A DNA stretch of 64,000 nt from Callorhinchus milii (Eukaryota): assembly GCF_018977255.1 (NCBI RefSeq), contig NW_024704742.1, forward strand, positions 63,862,001-63,926,000. The letters are read 5' to 3'. The notes under the pieces are model-generated. The model had not been told where the DNA came from. It searched no databases and saw only the letters and a list, made by a program, of their open reading frames with translations. The translations under genes and the position numbers were made by a program. Below, in pieces: positions 39,215 to 52,100 of this stretch (position 1 is its first letter; every line of letters begins with the position of its first letter).

Positions 39215-39608
39215 TGGGCCTTTTTTTGCCAGAACAAAGAAGGCTGAGGGTTGACCTGATCAAGGTTTTCAAAATTATGTGGGGCTTTGATAGAATCAAT
39301 AGGAAGAAATTATTTCCACTGGTCGGTGAGTCAGTAACGAGAGGGCATCAATTTAAGATAACTAATAAATGAGCAAATGGGAGAAATTGTTTCACACACA
39401 AAGTAGTTAGGATATGGAATGTTCTGCTGGGAGTGGTAGTTGAAGCAAAATCCATATTGGCCTTCAAGAGGGGACCAGACAGATACCTTAAAAAGAGTCA
39501 GTCACAGAGGTTTGGGGTAAATAGGATTAAAAGGATTGCTCTTGAGGGAGCTGGCACAGACATAATAGACTGAGTGGCCGTCTTCTGTACTGTAAATTTC
39601 TATGGTTC
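39215..39608 (+). mobile_element. CR1 LINE 3' end
   Basis: EQRRLRVDLIKVFKIMWGFD...TRGHQFKI plus CR1-type tail. Related fragments at ~12500-12745, ~13700-13960, ~22930-23310, and 32165-32755 (split by a SINE). Confidence 0.8.
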
Positions 39609-39901
39609 ATCCTTCCAGAATCCCCACCATATTGGGAAGTGCTTCACACTGGTAGCCCGAACTGGAGGGTGGGATCTGAAGATGTTTGGGGGGTGGGGGA
39701 GGAGAAAGGAAGTTAGCTTAAAGTTGAAAAGCTAAGTCTTAAAACGGGTTTGGAAGGCAGAAAGGGAGAGACTCCAGGATGGAGTTCCAGAGAATGAGGG
39801 CAGAATGGCTGAAAGCTCATCCACCAACGGCCCATCAGGAAATATTTTACAAACAGCAGACGTCTGCATCGGCTATTCTCAAACTTAACTGGAAGACATA
39901 C

Positions 39902-40031
39902 CGGCTGGGGTGGGAGGGAGATGGACTGGACCAGCGTGGAGCGGAGCTGCTGCACTTCAGTGCCGTTGGTTCCCGCCTTCGGAGGAGGAGATCCTATGGT
40001 CAGAGACACCGAGGCTGTCTTCTTTTTTGTC
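39902..40031 (-). CDS. PALLD: Palladin exon (130 nt), linker
   Basis: cccaag|GACA...CAGCCG|gtatgt; (Q)TKKKTASVSLTIGSPPPKAGTNGTEVQQLRSTLVQSISLPPQP resembles palladin KKTTSVSLTIGSSSPK; phase 2 in, 0 out. Confidence 0.92.
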
Positions 40032-40109
40032 CTTGGGAGTTAACAAAAACGACTTTTACACAAACAATATCGGAATTTTAGTTGCCCTATCACAATGACA
40101 TGTTTCAGA

Positions 40110-41005
40110 CAACAACAAACAACAACAACAATTTATATAGTGCCCTCCACGCAGGGTAGCATCTCAGAGCGTTTAACAGTGGCGGAGCCTGACTCTGAGC
40201 CGAGGGGAGCAGGCAGGTGATGTAAGCACGGTCGAAGAAGAAAGTTTTCAGGTGGGACTTGAAAGAGGGGAGAGGAGAGGCAAGGCGGAGAGATTGAGGG
40301 TGAGTGTTCCAGAGTTTGGGGGCGTAGTGGCTGAAAGCACAACCTCCATGGTGGGGCGGAGGGTGTGAGGGACGAGCATGAGGCCGGTGCCAGTTGAGTA
40401 GAAGTAGGGAGGTGCCAGGGAAGGAATGGATTTGAACATGAGAGTGAGGATCTTGAAGTCAATCCGTTCGGTGATGGGGAGCCAGTGGACCCTGGCGCCA
40501 GAATTGGTGAGATTTGGGTACGGAGTTTGGTCCGGGTCAGTATGTGGGTGGCAGAGTTTTGAATGAGCTGGATCTTGTGAATGGTGGAGCTGGAGAGAAT
40601 GGCAAGGAGTGCGCTTGAGTAATCCAAGTGGGAGGTGACAAACACATGCACGAGGTTTCGACTGACTTTGGGGTAAGATACGGTCAGAGGCAGGCAATGT
40701 GGCAGAGGTGGAAGAAGGTGGTCCTGGTCAGGGACCGGATGTGCGGGAAGAAGGACAGCTAGGGGTCGAATCGGACGCCTAGGTTGCGCACTGGTTTGGT
40801 GAATCTGAGCTAGAGCCCAGGGAGGTTGAGGAGTTTAGATCTGCAGGAGTAAAGACGTTGACAGGAGCCAAAGAGTATGGCTTCCGTCTTGTCCATATTC
40901 AGCTGTAGGAAGTTTACACTCATCCAGGCCCGGGCCCTGATGTCTGTAGACAAGCTGATAGAACATAAGCGGACCCGGAGTTGGTACTGGAGGAGGCAAA
41001 GAAGA
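40110..41005 (-). mobile_element. L2 LINE 3' fragment
   Basis: HVFVTSHLDYSSALL, QLIQNSA, HWLPITERIDFKIL; (ttg)n tail ends about 80 nt from the 130-nt exon acceptor. Confidence 0.88.
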
Positions 41006-41688
41006 TTTGTGTGCTTTAGTCAGCATTATTTTGGTCTATGGCCATTATAAGTGAACCTTTTTAAAGCACCAATTTCACTTACGTCATAAGATTACAAGAT
41101 CGGTTCAGATGAAGAACACCCTTTGGCCAATTTAGGGACATCCATCTGGAATATCTATCCTACTGTCCTCCCATCACAGCATCAAGCTTTTTTTTAGTGT
41201 CTCCATGACCTGGCGTCAACCACCCTTCCTGACAACTTGTTCAAGTTGTTAAGTATCCTCTGGGTAAAGAAAAACTTCTTGATGTCTGCCCTGAAATTGT
41301 TCTTTGTAATTCTAAACTCATGTTCCCTTCTTCTACCGTTCTGGAGCATCCTAAAGTATTGTTCCATGTTCACTTTCTCAATCCCATTTAAAATTTTGTA
41401 TACCTCAATAAGATCCCTTCTAAGATGTCTCCTTGTAAGACTGAAGAGTTCTAGGTTGTCAAATCATTGCTCATAGCTTATTCCTCTAATAATGGGGTAA
41501 TCCTCATTACTCTCTTCTGCACTGGATGGGATTTGGGGAATCCCCTTAAGTCACGATGACCAGAATTTTATGCAGTAATCTGGATGGGACAGGCTGTATA
41601 TGTCTTCTGGGGATCTTCAAAAAATAAAAAGCAACTGCACAGAAATTCATTTCCACTGAGCTGATCTGCTGGCGTTCCAATTACTTAC

Positions 41689-41755
41689 TGAGGCACAGTC
41701 CTGTCTTGTGATTGAAACATGGTTCCTTCGCCTTCAGAATCAGTGGAAGTAGTAC
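41689..41755 (-). CDS. PALLD: Palladin exon (67 nt), linker after Ig1
   Basis: Not in the ORF track. ctttctctctag|GTACTACTTCC...GTGCCTCA|gtaagt gives (G)TTSTDSEGEGTMFQSQDRTVP(Q), matching palladin GASSTDSDSE...MPQ; phase 1 in, 2 out. Confidence 0.92.
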
Positions 41756-42267
41756 CTAGAGAGAAAGAACACAGTGAGAGCGACGTGCTAATATTTTGAT
41801 ATGTGGAGTAACCTAAGGGTTTATATCTGTCCTAGATTAATTTGTTGTTGCTGCATGGTGAAGTTCCTAGTCTCAGTATTGCTGGTCCAAGGATAAATCA
41901 TAAATCTTGAAATCTGATATAGCACCTTATCACATTGTTAAAACTCTCAAAAGGCTTCACAATATTTATTGATTAATGTCTGTATTTGTAGGCAAATGTG
42001 GCAGCTAATTGGTGCAGAACAATTTCCCACAAACATCTATGAACAAATAATTTTATCTGGGGGATTGTTGGCCAGGATACCACCAGAAATTCCCTTCTCT
42101 TTTTGAATCATGCTGTGGGATCTTTAACATCTACCTGAACAGGCAGAACCTCAGGTTTGACATCTCATTTGAAGTATCCTCTGGCATTGTAGTGCTCCCC
42201 TAGCATTGCACATGTACCTCTCCATCCCTACCTCCAAAAGCATCAGTTTTGGCACATTTGGCACATA

Positions 42268-42583
42268 GTGGAGTCCTGTAGCTCAGTGGTTAGAGCACTC
42301 GCTTTGCAAGTGAGAGACCTGAGTTCAATTCCAGACAGGGCGAAACCTTGGGCAAGTTTCCTTACTCCACACGCCTAATAATAATCCCTCCAAAAACCAA
42401 AAACAATAATAAATTGGTCATTTTCAATCTACGACTGTTTGTGGGACATTGCTGTGCGCAATTGGCTGCCGCGTTCGCCCACAAATATACAGTCAATTCA
42501 CTTTACAGTGTGTTCTGTGAAGCGCTTTGGGACGTCCTCCCGATGTGAAAAGCGCTATATCAAATGCATGGATTATTATTATT
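42268..42583 (+). mobile_element. Young tRNA(Ala)-headed SINE, internally deleted subfamily, (tta)n tail
   Basis: A-box TAGCTCAGTGG, anticodon-like arm CTCGC-TTTGCAA-GTGAG, B-box GTTCAATTCC, body ttgctgtgcgcaattggctgccgcg, tail shared with local L2 ends. Confidence 0.9.
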
Positions 42584-44524
42584 ACTATTTGGTAATATTC
42601 TTGCCTCTAGGTTTTTGGGACACTGCGGTGCGCAACTGGCTGCCATGTTTTGCCCACAAAATATACAATCAATTCACTTTACAGTATATTCGGTGAAGTG
42701 CTTTGAGACATCTCAAAGACGCGATAAGGTACTATATCAAATGCAAGGATTATTATTATTATCTGATGAAGAAAGCACTTTCACATGAAGAAGAACCTTC
42801 AGCCGAATCAATCTCATCTTCACTGTCAGAAAGATGAATTTTCTCTCAGTGATAAAATATCCCACACAATGTTATAATTTGAATAATTTCTTGATAATAC
42901 AAAATAAATTGAGATTAGCCAGTCAGTCACACTAGAACCCCAGCAGGATAGAACTGTTTCATGCAACATGTTCATCTGGGCTTATCCTCTTCCTGCCTTG
43001 CAGGGTTGAGGATTATGTTTATGTGGAAGGAGAGAGGGCTAAGGAAGGCTACGATATCTGCAGGAAGGGGCAATGATTGTGAGATGGGGGCAAGAGGTAT
43101 CTGTGGGAGTGGGGGATGCCTGTGGGGGAGAAATCTGTACGTGAGACAGAGGAAAGTGCAAACATCTGTGCAAACTAGTAGGGCAATAATTATTTGATTA
43201 GTTGAATGCAGCCTTGTTTGTTGTGAACCACAAACCCTATCTGTTAGGAGATCTACAAGCTGGGCGCATGTCTTAGCCTGAAAAACACCTGCCTTGAGAT
43301 CTATCTAAACCACATTTAATTTCTCAATTTGCAGATGTGAGGGGATAAGATGGCTTGAATACAAATATTAATTCCTTCAGACCCACACAATGACAGTTAC
43401 CTAACAACAGAAGGGCTGCTCAATGAGATTTTCGCAGGCTCTAAAGATGCGATGATATTTTCCTTGTTCAGAGAAAGGAAGAGTTGTGATTGAGAAAGTG
43501 ATAAATAAAATCCTTGCATGTCGTATAGTGCATTTCTAAGCAGCACATTTGCACACAGTATTTTTTGGGGGGTCAGCCTGGTGTCTGACACATGTGGAAA
43601 CCCATCCCCATGCTTAAGAGTATCCAAACCAAACTGAGATTTCCCTGCATCCCACCTACACATGGAAATCCCAGAGATAGATTGTTGGAATGGAATGTGC
43701 TCTCTCTCCCAGGAGGAACACATCCTGTTTACCTAACTCCATCCAGTAAGGATTGGGCGCAGGTTGGCAAGAGCCAAGGTTTGGGGACACCAGAGTGTAT
43801 TCTATGCATGTGATTCTGTGTCACACATTTTATCAAGGATTCAGGGAACAAATAAACAAACAGTGTTCCTTAATCCACTGACTGATGAATACCTTTCACA
43901 AAACCAATATTCTTGTCTTGAATGTTTGACTGAGGTGTTTCCTAATGTTGACCAGCAGGTGTAAATAGAGATTAGCAGTCTGTGCTGGAGCCGAATAATG
44001 TAGAGTTAGATTATTCCTGCAGTAAATACCTATCAGAAGCACTGGAAAGATTTCACTGACTGCATGCACAGTGCATAAAATGTGGCATATGATTATTTTT
44101 TTGTTACTGGTGATAATTATCATATTGACTAAAAAGCAACAGTAGTGTTCAAAAACAACAGTAAAAACAACTTGCATTTATATAGCGCCCTTCACATGGG
44201 GTAGCTTCTCAGAGTGTTTAACAATAGCATAGTTTGACATCAATTCGGGGTAAAAGGGAAGGAGATCATTGGCATGATTGAAGAGGATATGGGCAGTGGA
44301 GTCTTGAATCAATTGGATTTTGTGAATGGTGGAGCTGGGGAGACTGGTGAGAAGGGCATTTGAGAAATTGAGGTGGGAGATGAGGAAAGAGTAGATGAGG
44401 GTTTCAGTATCAGTCCCAAAGTAGTGCAGTTATCTGTGTGTGTGTGTGGAGTGGGGAGGGTCATCACTGAGGACACACTGCCTGTCTGGTGAAAGGCAAG
44501 CACAGTTCTGAGATCCAGCATCTT

Positions 44525-44912
44525 GTGGAGTCCTGTAGCTCAGTGGTTAGAGCACTTGCCTCGCAAGGGAGAGCTGGGTTTGATTCCTAGCAGGAAGAAA
44601 CATTGGGAAAGTTTCCTTACTCCACACGCCTCTGTTTACCTAGCAGTAAGTAGGAATCCGGTTGTTAGACGATTGGCAGATCGTTTTTCTGGGGTAATAA
44701 TTCCTTTAAAATAATAATAATGATAATAAATTGGTCACTTCAATCCACAACCGTTTGTGGGACGCTGTTGTGCGCAATTGTCTGCCGCGTTTCGCTCACA
44801 AAATATACAATCAATTCACTTTACAGTATATTCTGTCAAGCGCTTTGAGACGTCTCAATGATGTGATAAGACGCATGAAAGTCCTATCAAATGAAAGGAT
44901 TATTATTATTAT
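44525..44912 (+). mobile_element. Full-length tRNA(Ala)-headed SINE (long form)
   Basis: Same head and tail plus the segment ctgtttacctagcagtaagtaggaa...gggg. Other copies: ~1663-2026 (-), ~12885-13245 (-), ~26311-26670 (-), ~32269-32630 (+), ~62957-63375 (+). Confidence 0.88.
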
Positions 44913-47027
44913 CTTGGCACATTCTCCTCATGTGAAAGACGTTATATTGAATGTAAATCTGTAGTTTTGTTGATTTCCTTCAACGTGTTTTGTTTGAGTC
45001 TGTGACAAGAGAGAGATTATTTTGCAACTGTGTAACGGGAATAAACCTCAAACACATTCTCTCAGTTTGTAAAAACATTATTGTATTTTTACCAAGCAGG
45101 AAGTGGAGTGCCTGCAGTCTCTGGGTTTGGCATTGCTGGTTGAAAGATGCCACCAACAGGATAATTGAGGGAGTGATCCAGTTAGTCTTTCTCTTCCCTA
45201 CAACCTTCACACCACTCAAATGTGTCAGGCTGGCTCAGTCAGTAGCACTCTCACCCCTGAGTCAGAAGGTCGTGGGTTCAAGCCCCACATTGGGACTTTG
45301 AACTCAGAGCTTAGGCAAAGCTGGAGATACTAAACCAAGGTCCCGTCTGCCTGTTTAGGGGGATGTTAAAGATGGCGCTATTCGAAAAGAGAAGAGAATT
45401 TCTCTGAGTGTCCTGGATAACAATCCCCCAGATCAAATTGGTCATTTTCCTGTGAATGAATTCAAGTGAGTGAATTCAGGCTAGATTGATATGGGACTTG
45501 AACCCACAGGCTTCTGACTCAGAGGTGAGGGAGCTATCAACTAAGTTAGTCTGGTACAGAGTCATAGCTAATGTTGTGACACTCATTGGTATAAATCCTA
45601 GTCATACTAACATATACATGCACCAGCTGATACTGCTGTTTGTAATATATATCAGATGCCTTTGGAGATAGCTACATCGAGGTAACAAGAGATTTAACGT
45701 ATTGCAGACCAGCATAGGTGAATGTAACCAGTTTAGACAGGTCACTGGAACTATTAGATTCTGCCAAGGCTTCCAATTTCCTTCTAGGTATTTAAAGACA
45801 GGCAAGTGCATTTTTCAGGATCGGAGTTCCCAGTGATAATTGTTCACTCGCATGCTTGCTCAGCTATGTGACATCAGTGAGTATACATTACAAGAAAATG
45901 TTGCCGCGAAGATCACAAGGTGGAAATAATTTCCTTCCTCAGCAAGTTGCACTGCAATTCCCTACGGCTGTATATTTCTCCAGCCTCACTCTCCTGCTTG
46001 CTCCGTTCACTCGGCAGACTAGGGCATGCTCTCCCTCGCTCCATCCGCCTCACCATCAGCAGTCGGGCCTTCAGCCACTATGGGCTTCCTGCAACTCCTT
46101 TGTCTTGCCTAAAAACCAACCTCATTAATCTTGCCCACAGTCACCTCCCTGCTCGGTGTCCAGTCCGGCTTTGTAAAGCTTTGAGCCATTCTGGCCCTGC
46201 TCTGTGGAATTTATCCTGGAGCCCCTCCAACTCATTCTTGCCTCATATTTAAAGCCATCTGAAGACATACATCTTTGACTGTGCTTTCAGTCATCATTCC
46301 CCTCCCCACTCGCCTTGTCACCCACCCCTACCATGGGTGGTCATTTTGCTTTGTCAAGCACTTTGAGATAGGCTCCTATCGTGACCATGTTATAATAAAT
46401 GTAAATTGTGTTGCATTATCTCAGAGTCCAGGGCCAGGCAATGAAGGAAAGGGAGACAACAACATCAACAATTTGCATTTATATAGCATCCTTCACGGGG
46501 AGTAGCATCCCAGAGCGTTTGACAGGCAAAGCGGGCTTGAGGAATCAGCAAGTGCAAGTGCAAGAACAATGTTCGGATGAGATATTAAACAAAGCTCCCA
46601 TCTGACAGTTTCTCTTGGTGTCCTGGCCAAGAATCACCTAGATGACTGTTTGTGGGACTTTGTTTTGTGCAAATTGACTGCTGTGTTTGCACACAAATAC
46701 ACAGTTATTACACTTACATTAAATCCTGTGGTGCGCTTGGAGACATTTCAATGGCATGATAAAGCACTATATCAAATGCAAAGGATTATTATAAATATTC
46801 GGTGATTTAACACAAGCAGCCTGGGTACACAGTACAAAGCTTCAAGTTGCATGGGGGTCATGACAGTGAGATCCACAAATAGCTTAAACATTTAAATGTC
46901 ACATTAAGGCTTACTATTAATAGAATTATTACTTGTCAATGTCTGAAATAAAATGAGACGTTGTCCTGATTTTATTTATATGTATAAGTTGACTTAAATT
47001 AGGGTTCACTGTGTTAGGTTTTCATGC

Positions 47028-47185
47028 AAGGGAAGGGGGAGGGGAAGTGAGAGAGTGAGTGAGAGAGAGAGAGAGAGAGGGAAAGAGAGGGGGCAGAGAG
47101 AGGTGGGAGAGAGGAGGGAAGAGAAAGGTGGGGAAAAGAAGAGAGGTGAGAGAAAACTGGCAGAGGAGAGATGGGGAAAGGAAGT
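47028..47185 (+). repeat. GA-rich polypurine tract
   Basis: About 155 nt almost entirely G/A, including (GA)n. Confidence 0.85.
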
Positions 47186-48982
47186 CAGAGATGTTATCCT
47201 ACACAACATAAATGTAGGTTGCTTTTGTTTGTGTGCCTGCTGTGTTTAAAAAATTCCACACATTGAGCTTTTAAGTGTTTCTGTGATGGGAAACTTGTAG
47301 TTTTGAGATTTTTCTTTTCAATAATAATAAATAATAATATTCCTTGCATTTGATATAGCGCCTTATAATCTAATTTTTTTTAACTATATAAGCATAAGAT
47401 AATTGGATGTTGGTCACATGGCTTTAGGTGTTCGTTATTGTAGAACAACAGATCAAATTTATTCCCAGATCTACACAATCCTCTTGGAAAAAAATGGTCA
47501 TTAACTTCACGGCAGTTTGTGGGACATTGCTATGCGCAAATTGGCTGTTGAGTTTACCTATGGATACGCAGCCACTAAACTTTATAGTAAATCCCGTGAA
47601 TCACTTTGAGATTGTTCAATGACGTGAGAAGGTGCAACTTTTATTGTGATGTGAAGAAAAACACATCAAATTAAGACATTTCACTGTCTGCACATCCTCT
47701 TGATGTGTGAAAAGACACAAACACACCCATATACACCCAAGGTGCCCATAGTACTGTTTGTACCTCAGTAGAACTCTTCAATACAGAGAATAAGACTTGG
47801 GGAGAGGTAAGTAAAGGAGTTGACAGATAACATGATCTCAGTAATCTTTTAATTTTAATCTACCCCATTATAATGCATGCTGTCAAGTGTAGACTGGATT
47901 TTGTGAAGCACTCCGAGACGCTACTCCACATGAAGGACACTATATAAATGCAAGTTGGAAGCTGTTGTGAAAGAAACAAGAAATAGTTCAAAGTTTAAAC
48001 AAAATTGCTTTTGATTCAGCAAAGAACAGCCTACATAGCTCATATTTAATGTGCAAGAGCAAAAATATATGAACAATACTTGAATTTCATACAGCACTGG
48101 CAACATTTAAATGCCTCAAAGCACTTCACAGGGAATTGCTATCAGGTGTAGTGACAAGTGAGAAAACATGGTGCCAATTTGTCTGCAGCAAGGTACCACA
48201 AACAGCCATGAAGTTAATAACCTGGAGGATTGTTAGGTGGGACATTGTGGGAAACTCCCTTAATCTTTGGAAGATGGTATTCCAAATCGTTTTCAAATCC
48301 CTTCACTCTCTGGCACCTCCCTATCTCTCTGATCTCCTCACTCCCAATCCACCACTGGGTGCCTCCGCTCGACTGGCACCAGTCTCCTCCTCGTCCATCG
48401 CACCCTCCGCCCCACCATCGAAGGTCGTGCTTTCAGCCACTACGCCCCGAAACTCTAGAACACTCTCCCTCAATCCCTCCGCTTTGCCTTCTCTCCCCTT
48501 TTGAAAACCTTTCTCTTCAACTGTGCTTACGGCCACCTCCCCCCATGAGTCGCTGCCCTGCATGGAGAGCGCTATATAAGTGCAAGTTGTTGTTGATGTA
48601 TCAGTCGCTAATATCCATATGGCCAGCAGACGGGATGTCAGTTTGACATCTCACCCAAAAGACAAAAGCTCTGACAATACAGCGCTCTCCAATACTGCAA
48701 GGGATTGCCAGCCGAGACTATGAGCTCCAATTACTGACATGAAGCTAAACCCTCAACCTTCTGACCCAGATACAAAAGTGCTACCAACTGAGCAAATACT
48801 TATTAAGCTTCATTAAATAACAACAACAAGTTGCACCTATATAGCAAGCTTCATGCGAGGTAGTGTCCCATTCTTACGTTTGTTGTAAAAAGAGTTTCCT
48901 CACTCAGTGACTCCACTGTACATAAGCCGCAGTTCAACAATTGCAATGACCATTACGTAAAAAGCCTCACAAACCAACATAC

Positions 48983-49158
48983 CTTCAATGTAGACCTCAG
49001 CGGACGTGGTATCTGATCCAAGATGGTTGGTGGCCAGACAAGTATATCGTCCCGTGTCGTCCTCAAAAGCTTCAGCAATGATTAGAGAATAGAGATCTCC
49101 ATTCTGGAAAATCTGGATGTCTGGGGAGTTTTGCAGCTCCTTATCTTCACAGAACCAT
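48983..49158 (-). CDS. PALLD: Palladin exon (176 nt), C-terminal part of Ig domain 1
   Basis: Translates WFCEDKELQNSPDIQIFQNGDLYSLIIAEAFEDDTGRYTCLATNHLGSDTTSAEVYIEG, closer to palladin (AEAFEDDTGRYTCLATN..GSDTTSAEV) than myopalladin. Acceptor ccacag|A, donor GAAG|gtatgt; phase 2 in, phase 1 out. Confidence 0.95.
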
Positions 49159-52100
49159 CTGTGGATCAATCAAACACAAAATAGAGTGTGTTTTTTTCTC
49201 TCTCTCTCCTGTCTTCTATCACAGTTGCTTATAGCTAAAGCTTTGACAAGGTGCCTTTATGTAAAATCTATATAGTAATTCAGGAAGATAACCTATTCAG
49301 CGAGTGTGACTGAGTAACTTCATTCCAGAGTCCACATATTACTGGGAACAAATGAAATTGAAAGCATTTGTGATACTAGGTACAATATCCATGAGATCAA
49401 GAGGGTTGGGAGTGAGTGTGAGAGAGAGTAGTTTTAGTTACAGCAGCATTTACCAGCTCACAGTTCTACAGTTTTCTTTTTTAGAGCCACGCCCAGGAGT
49501 ATATTAACTACATGCATTTCCTGTAAAATGTTAATGAGTTGCACACAAAGAGAATTTGTATGGCTGTTTCCGTTAAAAGAAATAAATAGTGATTGAAGCA
49601 ATGTAGTTGGGTTTCCATTGAACATACAAAGCAGGAAAAGGGTAATCAGGTAATATACCAAAGTTCAGTAGATAAACTGAAGCAACATGATGTAATGATC
49701 AGTGTTATTAGTGCATGAGATAGGTTTAACCCTTTGGTACGGCAGTATTTTGAATTAAAAACGTAAACAGATCCAGTAAGCATGGGTTTTCCTTTTTGGC
49801 ATGGTGAATGTATTCACAGAATATAGGGGTCAACATTGCCCATATTGGATAAACACATTCTATAATAATAATCCTTGCATTTGATATAGCACCGTATTAC
49901 ATAATCGAGACGTCTCAAAGAGAATCACCACTGTAAAGTGGTGTGACTGTGTACTTTGTACACCTCCTTCTCTTAAAATAGTGCAATGGGAACTTTAACA
50001 TTCAGACAAGACCTCGGTTTAACATCTCATCCGAAGGACGGATTCCTTATGTCAGAAGAAAGTGTCCTTGTTTTCCTATCTAAAACCCTACCTCCTTTTT
50101 CCTTTTTTTTGCCTAACTTGCCATTTTCAGAGTGTGTGATACAACTATTGTCAATAATGTTTACTCAGCTACCCCAGCAGCCTCATGACCCTAGCAACAG
50201 TCAAAATAAAATTTTTTTTAAAGATACAACAAGACATCTGCTATTATATATTTCTGCACTTTACTCATTCAAAATCCTCATTGGTCTTTCAAAGACGATC
50301 GTAAGTACCGATGGAATGAGAGAAAAAAAACTTCTTCTGAGATTACTTTACTATCATGGCATTTTCGCCTCGGAGTCAGAAGGTTGTGGGTTCAAGACCC
50401 ATGTCAGGACATGAACTCACATAGCCTAGGCTGACACTCCCAATGCAGTACTGGGGAGAGGGGTTGCATTGGTTGAGGTGCCTTTGGAATAGACATTAAA
50501 GCAAGTTCAGGTGAATGTTAAAGATCCTTTTAAGATGTGAAAAGCGCTATATCAAATCCAAGGATTATTATTATTATTATTATCCCGTGGCTCTATTCGA
50601 ATGGAGTTCCTCCTGGTGTCCTGGTAACAATTTCCCGGATAAAATTGGTCCTTTTTTGGGGCGTTGCTGTGTGCAATTGACTGCCGTGTTTGCCTACAAA
50701 CACACAGTCACTCCACTTCACAGCAAATCCTGCGAAGCATTTAAGACGCCCTCCCGATGTGAAGGGTTTTATACCAAATACAAGTATTATTTTTATTAAA
50801 ACCCAGTATTGGATTTGCCTAGAACATCAAGTAGTCTAGCACATCACAAGCTTTTCCTGTACATGTCATTATACCACACTGAAGTCCGATGAATAGCTGA
50901 TGGGGGAAACTCTTCAGAAAGCTCTGTACTTCCAACTGGTGGAACCAACCCTCAAAGCTCTCAAGCGTTTCATGCTAAGTCGTACAGGTCACAAAGAGGC
51001 TTGCAAGGAGTTTGTGTGCCCGCTATCTATCCAGTGAGGGCTCAAACTTGCGCTTATCATATGTCTAATGACCAACTAGCAACTATCCTCCTGGTAATGG
51101 TGGGAGAAGGTAAGCAGAGTTTCTTTGGGGCTGAGCTAGCTCAAAGGTGACATGTTTGGCAATGGAATGTCAAAATCAACTCTTCCCTCTGTGGTGGTCT
51201 CAGTAGTCCAATTCCTGAGCCAGGCGGGTCTGCAGTATTCCAGGGCACTGCTGATGGCAGTACAACCAACCTGGCTCATCAGCAGGACTTGGAGGACCAG
51301 AACAGTCACTGGGGCCCACAACTCTCCTCACTCAACTCACTTATAGTGGCTTCAGTCACTTCGCCCCTAACCTCTGGACTTCCTTGCCTCACTCCTTCCA
51401 CTCCCTCCCCCACCCCCACCACCAACCCCCTTACTTATTTTCAAATCCCACTTTAAGACCTACCTCTTTGATCTCACCTGTGGTCAACTCCCCCTCCCCT
51501 TTCTCGACATCCATCCGCACCACTGTGCAGTGCTTTGAGACGCTGTCCTGCATGAAGGATGCTAAATAAACTCAAGTTGTTGTTATTAAGGGCTAGGATT
51601 AGGTGGAATTTGGGGCAGCAGGGTTATCTTGAACCCAACTAGAGCAGTTGTGGTGAAAAAGTCCATTTATAAGGTAGAGGAGAAGTAGAATCAGACCCCC
51701 AAAATACTTAAGAAATCATTAAAACCACGCAATGCTTCATTCACCAACAAGTGGGAAAAGCTGGTGGGGGGTATAATTACTTTTGATCAAGTATATTAAA
51801 TCTACAGCTGATATTACATTTTCCAGCCTATAATTTCCAAGAACATCTCTTGACCTTTTTTTAAATAATTACAATAGATTCACCTTTGCTTACTCATGGA
51901 CTCAATCCTAAACTCAAATTCAAACTTAGAAGTAGCTTAAAAAACAAAAGGAAGAAGAAAAACTGGAACCCAAATTCCCCAAACTGTAACTCGCTGCCTC
52001 GTGAGAAACAGCCAGGCCAGGCTCCAATCTCGAAAATATCTTCCAGAATGAAGTTTCACAGGAAATATAGTGGGCCTTGTGCCAGGTCTCACTCATGACT

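Noticed and set aside
42268..42345. tRNA-Ala-like sequence
   Set aside because: No acceptor stem and it runs directly into the SINE body; it is a SINE head, as are the other copies.
33670..49158. Myopalladin (MYPN) as the gene identity
   Set aside because: Diagnostic peptides (SVSLTIGS, GQVVVLECR, IAETFPEDAGIFTC, AALQ.Q.N.AE.E.NG) fit palladin better.
50840..50930. ctgatgggggaaactcttcagaaagct, resembling a minimal Penelope hammerhead
   Set aside because: Core reads CTGATGG rather than CTGATGA and the stems are degraded; at best a dead relic.
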